Source: Paenibacillus cellulosilyticus
GTDB taxonomy: Bacteria; Bacillota; Bacilli; Paenibacillales; Paenibacillaceae
Direction of reading: 5' to 3'
Length of the DNA: 24,000 nt
NCBI RefSeq assembly: GCF_003182255.1
Contig: NZ_QGTQ01000016.1
Coordinates: 87,836 to 111,835 of the forward strand
A program made the position numbers and the translations under genes. Position 1 is the first letter of the stretch. Every line of letters starts with the position of its first letter. Of this stretch, positions 7,635-16,174 are shown one piece after another. The notes beneath the pieces were generated by a model that did no database searches, was not told the DNA's origin, and saw only the letters and a program-made list of their open reading frames with translations.

Positions 7635-9389
7635 CTACAATCTAAACTTCTCAACCGCCGCCTCCAGCCCGTCACTGTTCTGCTGAAGCTGCTCCGTCGT
7701 GTCTGCGATTCGTTTCGCCGCCGCCAGCTGGCGAGCCGACATGCGCTGAATTGCAGCTGTATTATCAGCTGCCGTGTTCGAGATTTGCGCAATCTGCTCA
7801 ACCGATGCCGCAACCTCTTCAGAGCCAGCCAGCACTTCCTCCGCCGATGCCGATATTTCTTGGATTTGGCCGTTCACATGGATGAACCGCTCCACCGTCT
7901 GGTTGAACAGCAGCTCAACCTCGCCCGACAGCGTCGTTCCTCTGGTCATCTCTTCGCCGCTTGCCAGCATTCGAGCTCCGATGTTCGCCGATTCTTGTCC
8001 AATCTGCTGAAGCAGCGAAGTAATATGCATCGCCGATACCGTCGACGCTTCGGCAAGCTTCCGAACCTCACCCGCTACAATGGCAAAGCCTGCACCATGC
8101 TCCCCTGCTCTCGCAGCCTCAATCGATGCATTAAGCGCGAGCAGCTTCGTCTGGTCGGCAATGCTCGAAATCGATTGGAGCACCGGGGCGATTTCCTCCA
8201 TATGCGTATTCAGCAGCTCTACCGACTTCGTTGTCTGCTGCGCTACATCTGCAATCGTGGCAACCTGCTCTCGCAGCCACTGAATCGACTGCCGACCCTG
8301 TTCTGCCGTCTCAATCGCCTCGCCTGATGCCACGGAGACACTCGTCGAAGCTTCAGATACACGGCCGATTGCGAGTGTAATTTCCTCCATTGCCTTCGCG
8401 CTATCCTCTGCGCCTACGCGCTGGTGCCGCGCGCCATCTGCAAGCTGAACCATGGACTGTTCCAGCTCCTCGTTCAAGGCAACCATCTGATCCGCTTCTG
8501 AGCGGAAATCTGTAGTCGACGTCACAAGCTGCTGCGTCGTTACTTTCACATCGCGAACGACATCGCCAAGCGTAACGCCAAGTCGTTCAACCATTTGATT
8601 CATCGCTGCATACGCATTGCCGATCTCATCCTTCGATCGAACCTGCTTCGACTCCAGCTGCGCCTTCGCTTCTGCAAGATCACCGCGTGCCAATGCCTCT
8701 GCACTATTCACCACGACAGCTAGCGGACGAAGCGCACGCGCCATTAGCACTGCAATGACAACTGCTGCAAGCAAAGTGAGTACGCCGACCAGAATGAGCT
8801 GCGGCATGCTGTCTTTCACTACCTTATGATAAATCGTCGACGATACCGATATGTCCGTATCGATACCGAGCACCCCGATCACTGTGCCATCCGCATCATG
8901 AAGTGGTGCATAAGACGATATGTAATCTCCGTATTCTGGATTTTTGATAATACCCGACTTCGCTGTCTGCCCCTGCAGTACAGCTTCAATCGCATCAGTC
9001 GGCATATCCGTTACTTCACCGATCGGCGAAGCGGAGTCTGAGTCCTTGGGCTGACCGTCGATCAATAAGATCGGCTGCTTCTTGTCATCAATCTGTACCG
9101 TGTACACATACATGGCGCCGATCCGTTCGCGATACTCGTTCATTTGTTCCCGAATCGTCCAGTACAGTTCGCTTTCCTGCTGATCCTTCAGAAATGCATC
9201 GTACGACTTCACGTCGAACTGTCCCGCATACGCCTCTGCCGTATGGATGCTGAAGCTGCCGATCGCTTCCTCGCTCGCATACCTCGTGCTTTGAACCTCA
9301 ATGTAGATAAAGAAGGAAGACAAGACGATCAGTATTGCTACAATCGTAACAGAAAGCTTCATTACCAAGCGGCTTCGAAACAAAAACAT
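7635..9389 (-). CDS. Methyl-accepting chemotaxis protein with extracytoplasmic Cache-type sensor, HAMP and MCP signalling domains
   Basis: TM1 ([18 protein letters not shown]), then a Cache-like ectodomain of about 170 aa ([26 protein letters not shown]), TM2, HAMP, and the conserved hairpin tip [33 protein letters not shown] place the start at the ATG at 9389 (MFLFRSRL) with RBS AAAGGAG, rather than 9455. Confidence 0.9.
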   Translation of the reverse strand: MFLFRSRLVMKLSVTIVAILIVLSSFFIYIEVQSTRYASEEAIGSFSIHTAEAYAGQFDVKSYDAFLKDQQESELYWTIREQMNEYRERIGAMYVYTVQIDDKKQPILLIDGQPKDSDSASPIGEVTDMPTDAIEAVLQGQTAKSGIIKNPEYGDYISSYAPLHDADGTVIGVLGIDTDISVSSTIYHKVVKDSMPQLILVGVLTLLAAVVIAVLMARALRPLAVVVNSAEALARGDLAEAKAQLESKQVRSKDEIGNAYAAMNQMVERLGVTLGDVVRDVKVTTQQLVTSTTDFRSEADQMVALNEELEQSMVQLADGARHQRVGAEDSAKAMEEITLAIGRVSEASTSVSVASGEAIETAEQGRQSIQWLREQVATIADVAQQTTKSVELLNTHMEEIAPVLQSISSIADQTKLLALNASIEAARAGEHGAGFAIVAGEVRKLAEASTVSAMHITSLLQQIGQESANIGARMLASGEEMTRGTTLSGEVELLFNQTVERFIHVNGQIQEISASAEEVLAGSEEVAASVEQIAQISNTAADNTAAIQRMSARQLAAAKRIADTTEQLQQNSDGLEAAVEKFRL

Positions 9390-9529
9390 GGGGATGCGCT
9401 CCTTTTGACAGTTAGTCTCGCTTGAAGTCAATCGACAGAATTTACTATATTTCAAGTCTTTTCGACAACCCTACGCTATTTCCTGCTGAGAATTGATTAG
9501 CTTTGTGTAAAAAATTATACCCCGAAGTA

Positions 9530-9580
9530 TAAAAAGGAAGCTGTCACCCAAACACCTAATCGGCTCGGGTAACAGCTTCT
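9530..9580 (-). terminator. Terminator hairpin downstream of the cellulase gene
   Basis: Stem GAAGCTGTCACCC (9537-9549) / GGGTAACAGCTTC (9567-9579), 12 of 13 bp paired. On the minus strand it is followed by CTTTTTAT, 45 nt after the stop at 9624. Confidence 0.6.
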
Positions 9581-9623
9581 ATTCAGACTTGAGTTAACGT
9601 GCAGCTATGCATCCGTGTACCGT

Positions 9624-11570
9624 CTAACGGAACATTCCTCTCCGGTGCAGCACAAGCGCGACACCTAGAGCAGCAACGACGAGAACAATGCCGCCAGCGC
9701 TGAACCACAGCGCTTCGGCCTCGCCTTCTGATGTTTCTTGATCGTCCGTGTCTTCCATCTGTGCAATCGGTGGTGATGATAACGTAGTTTCTTCGGTCTT
9801 CTCCACAGCTGCCGGTTTCGCCTCAGACGTTGTCTCACTCACCACGGCCTCCGAATCATCGCCTCCGATGCCCGACACCTTATTGCCGTCAACAACTAGC
9901 TTATAATCGACGACCGTCCCGCTCCAGAAATGCAGCTTCAGCAGCACCTCGCCGTCTTTCACTTGATCGAAAAATTCCTTGTTCAGCGTAATATAATTGT
10001 GGGCTGGATCAGGCTCGAATGACTTGCCGAATTGCTTGTACGGCGTCCAATCGTCTGGTCCTGCATTTCCACCTGCTGCATAAACCGCCTCCATCGTTGC
10101 CAAGTTGTCTCCATTAAAGGTCGTCGGAATGATGAACATCGCTCTCGTCGCCTCTACGCTTCGCACTTGCGGCGTGTTGTACTGGATGACATGGAAGCTC
10201 CATTGCGCCCCTGCTGAGAACGTGCACGTCAACACCGCATTGTCGCCCAGCTTGTCCGTCAGCAGCGATTGCAGCAGCCCTGCAGTCAGCGTCAGTTGGT
10301 CGCCATCGAGCTTATAGTCGGTGCCTGCTGTCAGCACACGATCACCAACTCGAATCTCGGTAAGCGTATTGCCGTTCATGTTCATTGGCATGGAGACATC
10401 CTTCACCGGATCGTGCTGCTTCAAGTAGATCGAGTCCGAGAGCGCGTTGGACGAACGGCTCTGAAGCCCTGCATGCATCACTTCATAAAAATCGGGGTTC
10501 TTCCAAGTAAAGCTGCTGCGATCAAAATGCTGGCCGTTATCCCACAGCATAAGCGTCAGCTGCCGCTGCTTCGCGTAATACGTTAAGTATTCAAAGTATT
10601 TCAGAATCTCGCCATGTTCGATCGTATCGACCGACGTATCGAAGCCAAGCAAGCCGAATTCGCCAACGACGACCGGAATGCCCTTCTCAACGAACGTATG
10701 ATAAGCCCTGTCGAACGAGTGCTCCACATCGGCGCGTGCCGTCTCATCGAAGGTTGTGGAACCGCCCATATTCACGCTAAACGGATAATAGCCGTAATAA
10801 TGGATCGTCGCGATAAGATTCGGATCGTTCATCTTGGTCATCGTCTTGTACAACTCATCTAGTCTCGCTTGCGAATGGTTGGCCGTAATCGACGGGATCA
10901 CTAGCGGGCGAAGCTTGTTCTTCCCGCCAGCATGACGCACGATGTTGAAGAACGATTGGTTGAGTTCGTCCAGCATCGTGAAGTATTCCGGTGTATCTTT
11001 ATTCCAATCATCCGAGAACCTCGGCTCATTGATGCTTTCGAACATCAACTTGTCCGGGTAATCCCGGAAATAAGCCGAGATCTGCTTCCAAACCGCATTG
11101 AATCGATTGAGTACCCCATCATGATCGGTTGTCATGTTGAATACCCAGTTGGAGTCGTGATGGAGGTTGATCATGACATACAGACCCGCATCAAGCGACC
11201 AGTCGATAACCTCTTGGATACGCTTCATGAACGTCTCGTCCAGCTTGTAGTCCGGCTCACTGCCGATTCGCCCTTCCCATGTAATCGGAATACGAATGCT
11301 GTGGTAGCCCTGCGCAGCGATCGCTTCTATAAGCTCCTTCGTAACGACGGGATTGCCCCAGGCCGTCTCCGAACCGGGCGCATCGAACGTATTCGCCAAG
11401 TTCCAGCCAGGCTGCATCGAGGCGACGTACTGCTGCATTTTAGTGCGGGATGCTGGATCATTCTGAGCTGCTTCCACTCTTGAGGGTATCGATAACGCAC
11501 AGAGACTGACAAGAAGGCTAACCACCAATGTAACCGCTGCCATTTTTCTAGATACGTTCGTCAATGCCAT
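9624..11570 (-). CDS. Glycoside hydrolase family 5 endoglucanase (cellulase) with C-terminal Ig-like/binding modules and a C-terminal membrane anchor
   Basis: Signal peptide (AAVTLVVSLLVSLCALSIPSRVEA). GH5 motifs IRIPITWEGR, NLHHD, the acid/base FESINEP and the nucleophile VVGEFG. Roughly 250 aa of beta-rich modules follow, then an acidic Ser/Thr/Glu linker, then a TM segment plus basic tail (GGIVLVVAALGVALVLHRRGMFR). RBS GGAGGAG. Confidence 0.9.
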   Translation of the reverse strand: MALTNVSRKMAAVTLVVSLLVSLCALSIPSRVEAAQNDPASRTKMQQYVASMQPGWNLANTFDAPGSETAWGNPVVTKELIEAIAAQGYHSIRIPITWEGRIGSEPDYKLDETFMKRIQEVIDWSLDAGLYVMINLHHDSNWVFNMTTDHDGVLNRFNAVWKQISAYFRDYPDKLMFESINEPRFSDDWNKDTPEYFTMLDELNQSFFNIVRHAGGKNKLRPLVIPSITANHSQARLDELYKTMTKMNDPNLIATIHYYGYYPFSVNMGGSTTFDETARADVEHSFDRAYHTFVEKGIPVVVGEFGLLGFDTSVDTIEHGEILKYFEYLTYYAKQRQLTLMLWDNGQHFDRSSFTWKNPDFYEVMHAGLQSRSSNALSDSIYLKQHDPVKDVSMPMNMNGNTLTEIRVGDRVLTAGTDYKLDGDQLTLTAGLLQSLLTDKLGDNAVLTCTFSAGAQWSFHVIQYNTPQVRSVEATRAMFIIPTTFNGDNLATMEAVYAAGGNAGPDDWTPYKQFGKSFEPDPAHNYITLNKEFFDQVKDGEVLLKLHFWSGTVVDYKLVVDGNKVSGIGGDDSEAVVSETTSEAKPAAVEKTEETTLSSPPIAQMEDTDDQETSEGEAEALWFSAGGIVLVVAALGVALVLHRRGMFR

Positions 11571-11786
11571 CCCTCTACTCCTCCATAACCTTCTCCGTCT
11601 GGGAGTTGCCTATCATCCATATTTTATATGAATAATCGCCAATTAGGAAATGAAGTTTAATCGATTCTGCACAAAATACTAGCCAACAAATTTGAATGGG
11701 TGATGTAAATCCGATTAGGAGGGTAATCAAAGCTATACAGCGAATAAACCAGAAGATGGAAGAACAAGCGCTAGGAGGACTCTCCA

Positions 11787-12284
11787 ATGATCGAACTGCT
11801 GCAGCAGCAATATGATTGGGTCAAATCTGCTAGAAACAATCTATTCGCTTTTCTCGAAGAGATACCGCCTCTCCTTCTGCATCAAGCACTCCCCTCGTTC
11901 GGCAGAGGGACGATTCTTAAGACGCATATTCATGTCGCCGACAGCTATCGTCTCTGGCTTGGATCGTTCGCATTCCGGCTGCCGCCAGACCATCATCAGG
12001 ACATATCCATCGATAAAATCAAACGTGCGGATGTCCCGTTCGTCCGCAATCTGTTCGCTGAAGTTGACGATACGGTGCAGCGATTTCTGAACGCGACTAA
12101 CGACTGGTCTGAACCGATCGTCCATCCGGTGTTCTGGCAGGACGAGCCGCATGTTGCGTCGCCACTGCATCTTTTTACGCATGTAGTTACACATGAATTC
12201 CATCACAAAGGGCAAATCGTCTCGATGGCCCGACAGCTTGGTTATCCCCCGCCAGCGGATGATCGCTTGGGCGGAATTTTCTGA
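11787..12284 (+). CDS. DinB-family (DinB/YfiT-like four-helix bundle) protein
   Basis: 165-aa ORF with RBS TAGGAGGAC. Has the DinB-type His triad context (THIHVADSY ... HVVTHEFHHKGQI). Confidence 0.85.
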   Translation: MIELLQQQYDWVKSARNNLFAFLEEIPPLLLHQALPSFGRGTILKTHIHVADSYRLWLGSFAFRLPPDHHQDISIDKIKRADVPFVRNLFAEVDDTVQRFLNATNDWSEPIVHPVFWQDEPHVASPLHLFTHVVTHEFHHKGQIVSMARQLGYPPPADDRLGGIF

Positions 12285-12721
12285 TGATCCTACATCCACA
12301 CGAAGCTGTTATCGAAATTGCAGATAACGGTTTTATTTTTACCGACGATAAATCTCGACTTCATCTCTATGAAGTGTGCGGACTGCTCAGGCAGTCACAC
12401 TGGGCGAAAGATCGCCCGATTGAGGTTATTGCCCGTACGATTGAAACCTCGCTCTGCGTAATGGTCTATCACAAGGGACGACAGATCGGATTCGCAAGAG
12501 TTGTCACGGATTATGCGGTCTACAGCTTAATCCTCGACGTCATAGTCGACGAACAGTATCGAGGCCATGGGCTTGGGAAGAAGCTCATTACGTTTATTAA
12601 TACTCATCCCCGTTTGAAGGACACGGCCAAGGTGCTCTGGACCAAATATGCCAAGCAGCTCTATGAACAGTGCGGGTTTCAGGAAGAGGAATGCTATACC
12701 TTCATGTTCAATCGGCCGTGA
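12284..12721 (+). CDS. GNAT-family N-acetyltransferase
   Basis: 145-aa ORF whose start overlaps the DinB stop (TGATG). Acetyl-CoA-binding motif VDEQYRGHGLGKKLI and C-terminal LYEQCGF. Confidence 0.9.
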   Translation: MILHPHEAVIEIADNGFIFTDDKSRLHLYEVCGLLRQSHWAKDRPIEVIARTIETSLCVMVYHKGRQIGFARVVTDYAVYSLILDVIVDEQYRGHGLGKKLITFINTHPRLKDTAKVLWTKYAKQLYEQCGFQEEECYTFMFNRP

Positions 12722-12750
12722 AGCAGGTGCATTAAACTTAGGAGGACATA

Positions 12751-13326
12751 ATGACAACTTATGTATATATGGTGCGGCATGGCCAATCCCCGCTGACCGA
12801 AGGAACTGAACGGACAAGAGGACTTACGGATAAAGGAATGCTGGATGCCTCTCGCATTACTGAGTTGCTCAAGTCCGAAGGGATTGAGGTGTTCGTCTCC
12901 AGCCCCTATCAACGTGCGATTCTAACAATTCAAGAGCTCGCGCATGATGCCGGACAAGAAATTATCGTCTACGAAAATCTAAAAGAGCAGCACTTCTCCT
13001 CGACGGAAATCCGAATGCCCGATGTTGAGCTGCTTCCCCTGCTCCAGCAGTGCTATGCAGATCCCACGTTCGCAAGACCCGATGGCGAGTCCAATGCCGA
13101 TTGCCAACAGCGCGCTGTCACAGTTCTGCAAGAGCTATTAACGACCTACCAAGGAAGAAAAATAGTGATTGGCACGCATGGCGCCGTCATGGCCTTAATG
13201 ATGGGCTACTATGATCGTAAATATGACTTGGCATTCATGCTGAACACTTCGAAACCGGATGTTTATCGCATGAAATTTGAGGGACATACATTATTAAGCG
13301 TAAAAAGAATATGGGGCGCTAAATAA
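12751..13326 (+). CDS. Histidine phosphatase family protein (phosphoglycerate mutase-like)
   Basis: 191-aa ORF with RBS TAGGAGGAC. Catalytic RHG motif (YMVRHGQSP) and distal GTHG motif. Confidence 0.9.
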   Translation: MTTYVYMVRHGQSPLTEGTERTRGLTDKGMLDASRITELLKSEGIEVFVSSPYQRAILTIQELAHDAGQEIIVYENLKEQHFSSTEIRMPDVELLPLLQQCYADPTFARPDGESNADCQQRAVTVLQELLTTYQGRKIVIGTHGAVMALMMGYYDRKYDLAFMLNTSKPDVYRMKFEGHTLLSVKRIWGAK

Positions 13327-13341
13327 CAACAATGCTTAATG

Positions 13342-13381
13342 AGGCGTGAACACCTGCTAATGCCAGTGTCCACGCCTTTTC
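13342..13381 (+). terminator. Terminator between convergent genes (plus-strand U-tract; possibly bidirectional)
   Basis: Stem AGGCGTG(AACAC) at 13342-13353 pairs with (GTGTC)CACGCCT at 13366-13377, followed by TTTT. Lies between the stops at 13326 (+) and 13389 (-). Confidence 0.6.
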
Positions 13382-13388
13382 CGAATGA

Positions 13389-14192
13389 CTACTGAGGGAG
13401 GACAAGCCCCCACACCTCTTGCAAAGCCTCAATGAACAAGCGATCCAGCCGTTCATCGATAGTCGCATCCGCCGACTTCAATGCATGTGCACGCTTCTCC
13501 AATGAGTCCAGCTCCTTGGCGATATACGCGTGAATCGCCTCTTGACGCGGCTCGTAGTCGAGCTCTTCGCCTGCCTTCTTCCGCTCGAGCAGCTGCTGCA
13601 CCTCGTTCCACAGCGCATCTTCTCTTGGGAGCAGCCGCTCGACCAGCTCATCGAACTTTATCGGCGGCATCTCGCCGAACTGCTCAATCCATTCGCAGGC
13701 GAGAATCGGACGCAGAACGTAGAAGTACTTCTTGATCTTCACCTGATCGCCTTGCAGGTACGTCCGGAAGTTGCCGCGCGCCATATGCAAGTAATGGAAC
13801 ATGCATGCCTTCGGCGAGAAAGCTTGCGATGACAGCGCACGAAGCTGGTCTGCCGTGCGGTATGGCTCGGCGTAACGGATTGGCGATTGCAGCCATTCAA
13901 GCAGCGGCGGATTCGATTTGCGATACAAGCCAAGTGCCTTCCGCAAATCCCAACCGCTAATGTCGAGCTGATCGCTGATCGGACGCTCGATGACGTCGCG
14001 TTTGTCCTGAATCGATAAATACCACTCCGGCCGCCGAACGTAGAGGAACCTCACATCATAGTCGCTGTCCTGCGACGGGAAGCCCCATGCGCGGCTGCCG
14101 GATTCGCATGCATATAGGATGCGAACCTGCTCCTCCTGCTCGATCCGCTTCAATTGTTCCGTTATCTCATTCCGTATCGCGTCTACTGTCAT
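13389..14192 (-). CDS. Pol-beta-superfamily nucleotidyltransferase (PF10127/RlaP-like, YcgL-like)
   Basis: 267-aa ORF with the NTase motif ACESGSRAWGFPSQDSDYDVRFLY (G-S ... D-x-D) and the family-typical helical C-terminal region. RBS GGAGGGAC. The start overlaps the last 26 nt of the upstream TROVE gene. Confidence 0.85.
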   Translation of the reverse strand: MTVDAIRNEITEQLKRIEQEEQVRILYACESGSRAWGFPSQDSDYDVRFLYVRRPEWYLSIQDKRDVIERPISDQLDISGWDLRKALGLYRKSNPPLLEWLQSPIRYAEPYRTADQLRALSSQAFSPKACMFHYLHMARGNFRTYLQGDQVKIKKYFYVLRPILACEWIEQFGEMPPIKFDELVERLLPREDALWNEVQQLLERKKAGEELDYEPRQEAIHAYIAKELDSLEKRAHALKSADATIDERLDRLFIEALQEVWGLVLPQ

Positions 14193-15708
14193 CCCGTGTC
14201 CCTCCTGCCTCTAGGTCGATCGCTTCGATCCGCTCCACCATCGAGCCATAACCTTTAGTCGCCTGAGCGATATAACGGAGAACCGTATCGCTCCAGCCGT
14301 AAATATAGAACGTGTTCGCATCCTGCGGCGGCACCATCGCGCTGCGATACGGCGCAATGTCGATCACGAACGCTTTGACATTCGGGTTCACCTTCGCCCG
14401 ATACTTCGCCAATGCGTCATAGAATGGACTACCGCTGTTCTGCTGCTCGTCGGTAATAATGATGATCTGGTCCACGCGCTGCCGCTCCGCGAGCAGCTTC
14501 CGCACAGGCGCTCCTGTATCGGTGCCGCCTCGTGCACGTATCCATTCCGCCTGCGTTAAAATGCTTTCATGACGTGACGGCCTCGCGTCCTCTACAGCCG
14601 TATCGAACAGCCAAAACAGCGAGTTCCCTGCGGTTTTCTTATATAACGCAAGCGCGAATACAGAGCCGATCTGCAAATATTGTCCTTCCATCGAGCCCGA
14701 TATATCGAGAAAAATAGCCGTTCGGCCCTCCAAGTCAGGCAAATTCTTGAACGTATACTCGACCGCGCTGCTCAATGCGCTGCGAACAGCATCGTTCCTA
14801 ACTTGCCGATAGGCGGTCGCGAAGCGGAACGGCAAAATGCGCGACTTCGTCAGCGCACGCGGATCCGTCAGTCGATCAACAACACGGTCGAGGCAGTAGC
14901 GATCCTGCAGCACACCCGCACGATCCAGCGCATTCAAGTTGCGAAGCAGCGCGAAGGTCGGCATTTGCTCCATGAGAACTTCCCATACGAGCTTCGTCGG
15001 CTTGATGGCACCCGTCACGATCTCGTGCGGCAGCCGGCCTGCTTCGATCCAGTAGATCTGCTCGATTTCCGTTGTCGCCTTCTTCAAATACTCCAGCGCC
15101 TCTACCTGCGGAATAAGCGACAAATTCGCCTCTTGGCCGCGCAAATAGCGGAACAATGCCTGCTGCTTCAGGTCGGCTGGCTTCGGATGCGCCGTCGCAA
15201 TTGCGTCGCCAAGGCTGAAGCCCCGGCCGCGTCCGTTGTATTTGATCGCCCAATACTCGGAGACGCCTGCAAGGAATCGATTGACCTGGCGCTTCACCGC
15301 ACGACCGCCCTGTCCCCGTCCCATCCCGCTCACAATCGTCAGGAAGTCCGATAGGTCCGAAGGGATTCGCACCACTTGCATGAAAATTTTGCTGAACAAA
15401 TCCGGGCGACATACCGACAGCACCGCCAAGCCGAACAACGGCTGCAGCCGCATGTGCCCTTCATTGCGTGCGTAGACCAGCGCCTTCGCCATAAACTGCG
15501 GATTATGCTCTGCCATCTCGCAGTGCAACGCCTCTGCTTCTTGCAGCAGCTCCTGCTGGTCAGCGTAGAACGTATTGCCCATCGTATTCGTTACGAGCGT
15601 CTGCACGTATTGCTCTTCTGCCGAGCGGATGTAGGCTGGATAGCTCTCACGGTTCGTCGTGGTCGGATTCATTCTCATATTGGCGAACAATTTCTTAGCG
15701 ATGCTCAT
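14167..15708 (-). CDS. rsr: Ro60 orthologue (Rsr): TROVE domain plus C-terminal vWA domain
   Basis: 513-aa ORF. The N-terminal region is typical of the TROVE HEAT-repeat ring (YVQTLVTNTMGNTFYADQQELL, ALVYARNEGHMRLQPLFGLAVL). The C-terminal vWA has a MIDAS motif (AIFLDISGSMEG ... GGTDTG ... IIIITDEQ). RBS AAGGGGG. Confidence 0.9.
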   Translation of the reverse strand: MSIAKKLFANMRMNPTTTNRESYPAYIRSAEEQYVQTLVTNTMGNTFYADQQELLQEAEALHCEMAEHNPQFMAKALVYARNEGHMRLQPLFGLAVLSVCRPDLFSKIFMQVVRIPSDLSDFLTIVSGMGRGQGGRAVKRQVNRFLAGVSEYWAIKYNGRGRGFSLGDAIATAHPKPADLKQQALFRYLRGQEANLSLIPQVEALEYLKKATTEIEQIYWIEAGRLPHEIVTGAIKPTKLVWEVLMEQMPTFALLRNLNALDRAGVLQDRYCLDRVVDRLTDPRALTKSRILPFRFATAYRQVRNDAVRSALSSAVEYTFKNLPDLEGRTAIFLDISGSMEGQYLQIGSVFALALYKKTAGNSLFWLFDTAVEDARPSRHESILTQAEWIRARGGTDTGAPVRKLLAERQRVDQIIIITDEQQNSGSPFYDALAKYRAKVNPNVKAFVIDIAPYRSAMVPPQDANTFYIYGWSDTVLRYIAQATKGYGSMVERIEAIDLEAGGTRDDSRRDTE

Positions 15709-15749
15709 CGGTTTAACCCCCTTTTATATACGAACGTCGATTGTTATGA

Positions 15750-15850
15750 AAAAAAGAAAGAGCGAGGAAATGTGCGAGAAGGCGGCGCGGAGCACTCGCC
15801 CGCAATAAACGTTGGATAGAAGTAGCCCTCTCTAGCGCCTCGCTCTATGC
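15750..15850 (-). ncRNA. Y-RNA-like structured RNA 2 (YrlB-like; no tRNA module), ending in a U-tract
   Basis: Read on the minus strand. Basal stem AUAGAGCGAGG (complement of 15838-15848) pairs with CCUCGCUCUUU (complement of 15757-15767). Then an asymmetric internal loop CGCUA / GCACAUUU, then a second stem GAGAGGGC / GCCUUCUC (8 bp, one G-U). The 3' end is CUUUCUUUUUUUC. The architecture and loop sequences are paralogous to the adjacent RNA at 15861-16001. Confidence 0.55.
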
Positions 15851-15860
15851 TGCTTATGTA

Positions 15861-16001
15861 ACAATCGTTGAGGAAAATGGCGGAAAGGCACAAGCTGCTC
15901 TACCAACTGAGCTACTCTGCCTTGCGGCAAAGGTTGGACTCGAACCAACGACAAGCCGATCTACAGTCGAAGTAACCCTTCCTAGCGCCTCAACGATCTG
16001 T
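15861..16001 (-). ncRNA. YrlA-like Y RNA with a circularly permuted tRNA-like domain
   Basis: Read on the minus strand. A 10-bp perfect basal stem AUCGUUGAGG (complement of 15988-15997) pairs with CCUCAACGAU (complement of 15864-15873). Inside are the internal loop CGCUA / GCCAUUUU and the stem GGAAGG / CCUUUCC. The apical module is T arm GUUGG-UUCGAGU-CCAAC (15933-15949), a 7-bp acceptor-like stem CUUUGCC / GGCAGAG closed by a GCAA tetraloop (15915-15932), UA, and D arm GCUC-AGUUGGUA-GAGC (15897-15912). It lies directly upstream of rsr on the same strand. Confidence 0.7.
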
Positions 16002-16120
16002 GCGGCCTCCGCTTTACAGCCTCGGCTTCACAACCTGATTTTCACCGAAATCCACCCCTGCGAACAGGGCAAAAGTATGGCGAAGAATAAAAAGTTTCCA
16101 TTTTCCCCAGTTGACGGGCT

Positions 16121-16129
16121 TGTTACAAT
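16121..16129 (+). promoter_or_regulatory. Candidate extended -10 promoter for the WYL operon
   Basis: TGTTACAAT (TGn + TACAAT) lies 46 nt upstream of the GTG at 16175. There is no good -35 at 17-nt spacing; a TTGACG is present only 7 nt upstream. It overlaps the dyad TTGT-N-ACAA (16120-16128). Confidence 0.3.
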
Positions 16130-16174
16130 GGAGCCATTACCCTTGTGATCGGACAAGATGAGGAGGAATGGACA

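Noticed and set aside
11620-11680. Possible CcpA cre site upstream of the cellulase gene (TTTAATCGATTCTG region)
   Set aside because: It does not match the TGWAANCGNTNWCA consensus at the critical TG and CA ends.
14680-15412. 224-aa (+) and 178-aa (-) ORFs inside the rsr gene
   Set aside because: These are antisense or out-of-frame shadow ORFs with Arg/Gly/Ala-rich junk translation. The rsr frame carries the TROVE and vWA motifs.
15890-15960. Apparent tRNA gene on the minus strand (GGCAGAGTAGCTCAGTTGGTAGAGC D-arm and GGTTCGAGTCC T-arm)
   Set aside because: The T arm lies 5' of the D arm, and the acceptor strands are joined by a GCAA loop. There is no anticodon arm, and no T arm follows the D arm. 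It cannot be a canonical tRNA, so I interpret it as the tRNA-like module of a Y RNA.
16100-16135. Sigma54 (-24/-12) promoter, expected by analogy with RtcR-controlled rsr operons
   Set aside because: TGGCTCCATTGT on the minus strand has GG but no GC at the required 10-nt spacing; the TTGT is 3 nt out of register. No EBP/sigma54 activator gene is nearby.
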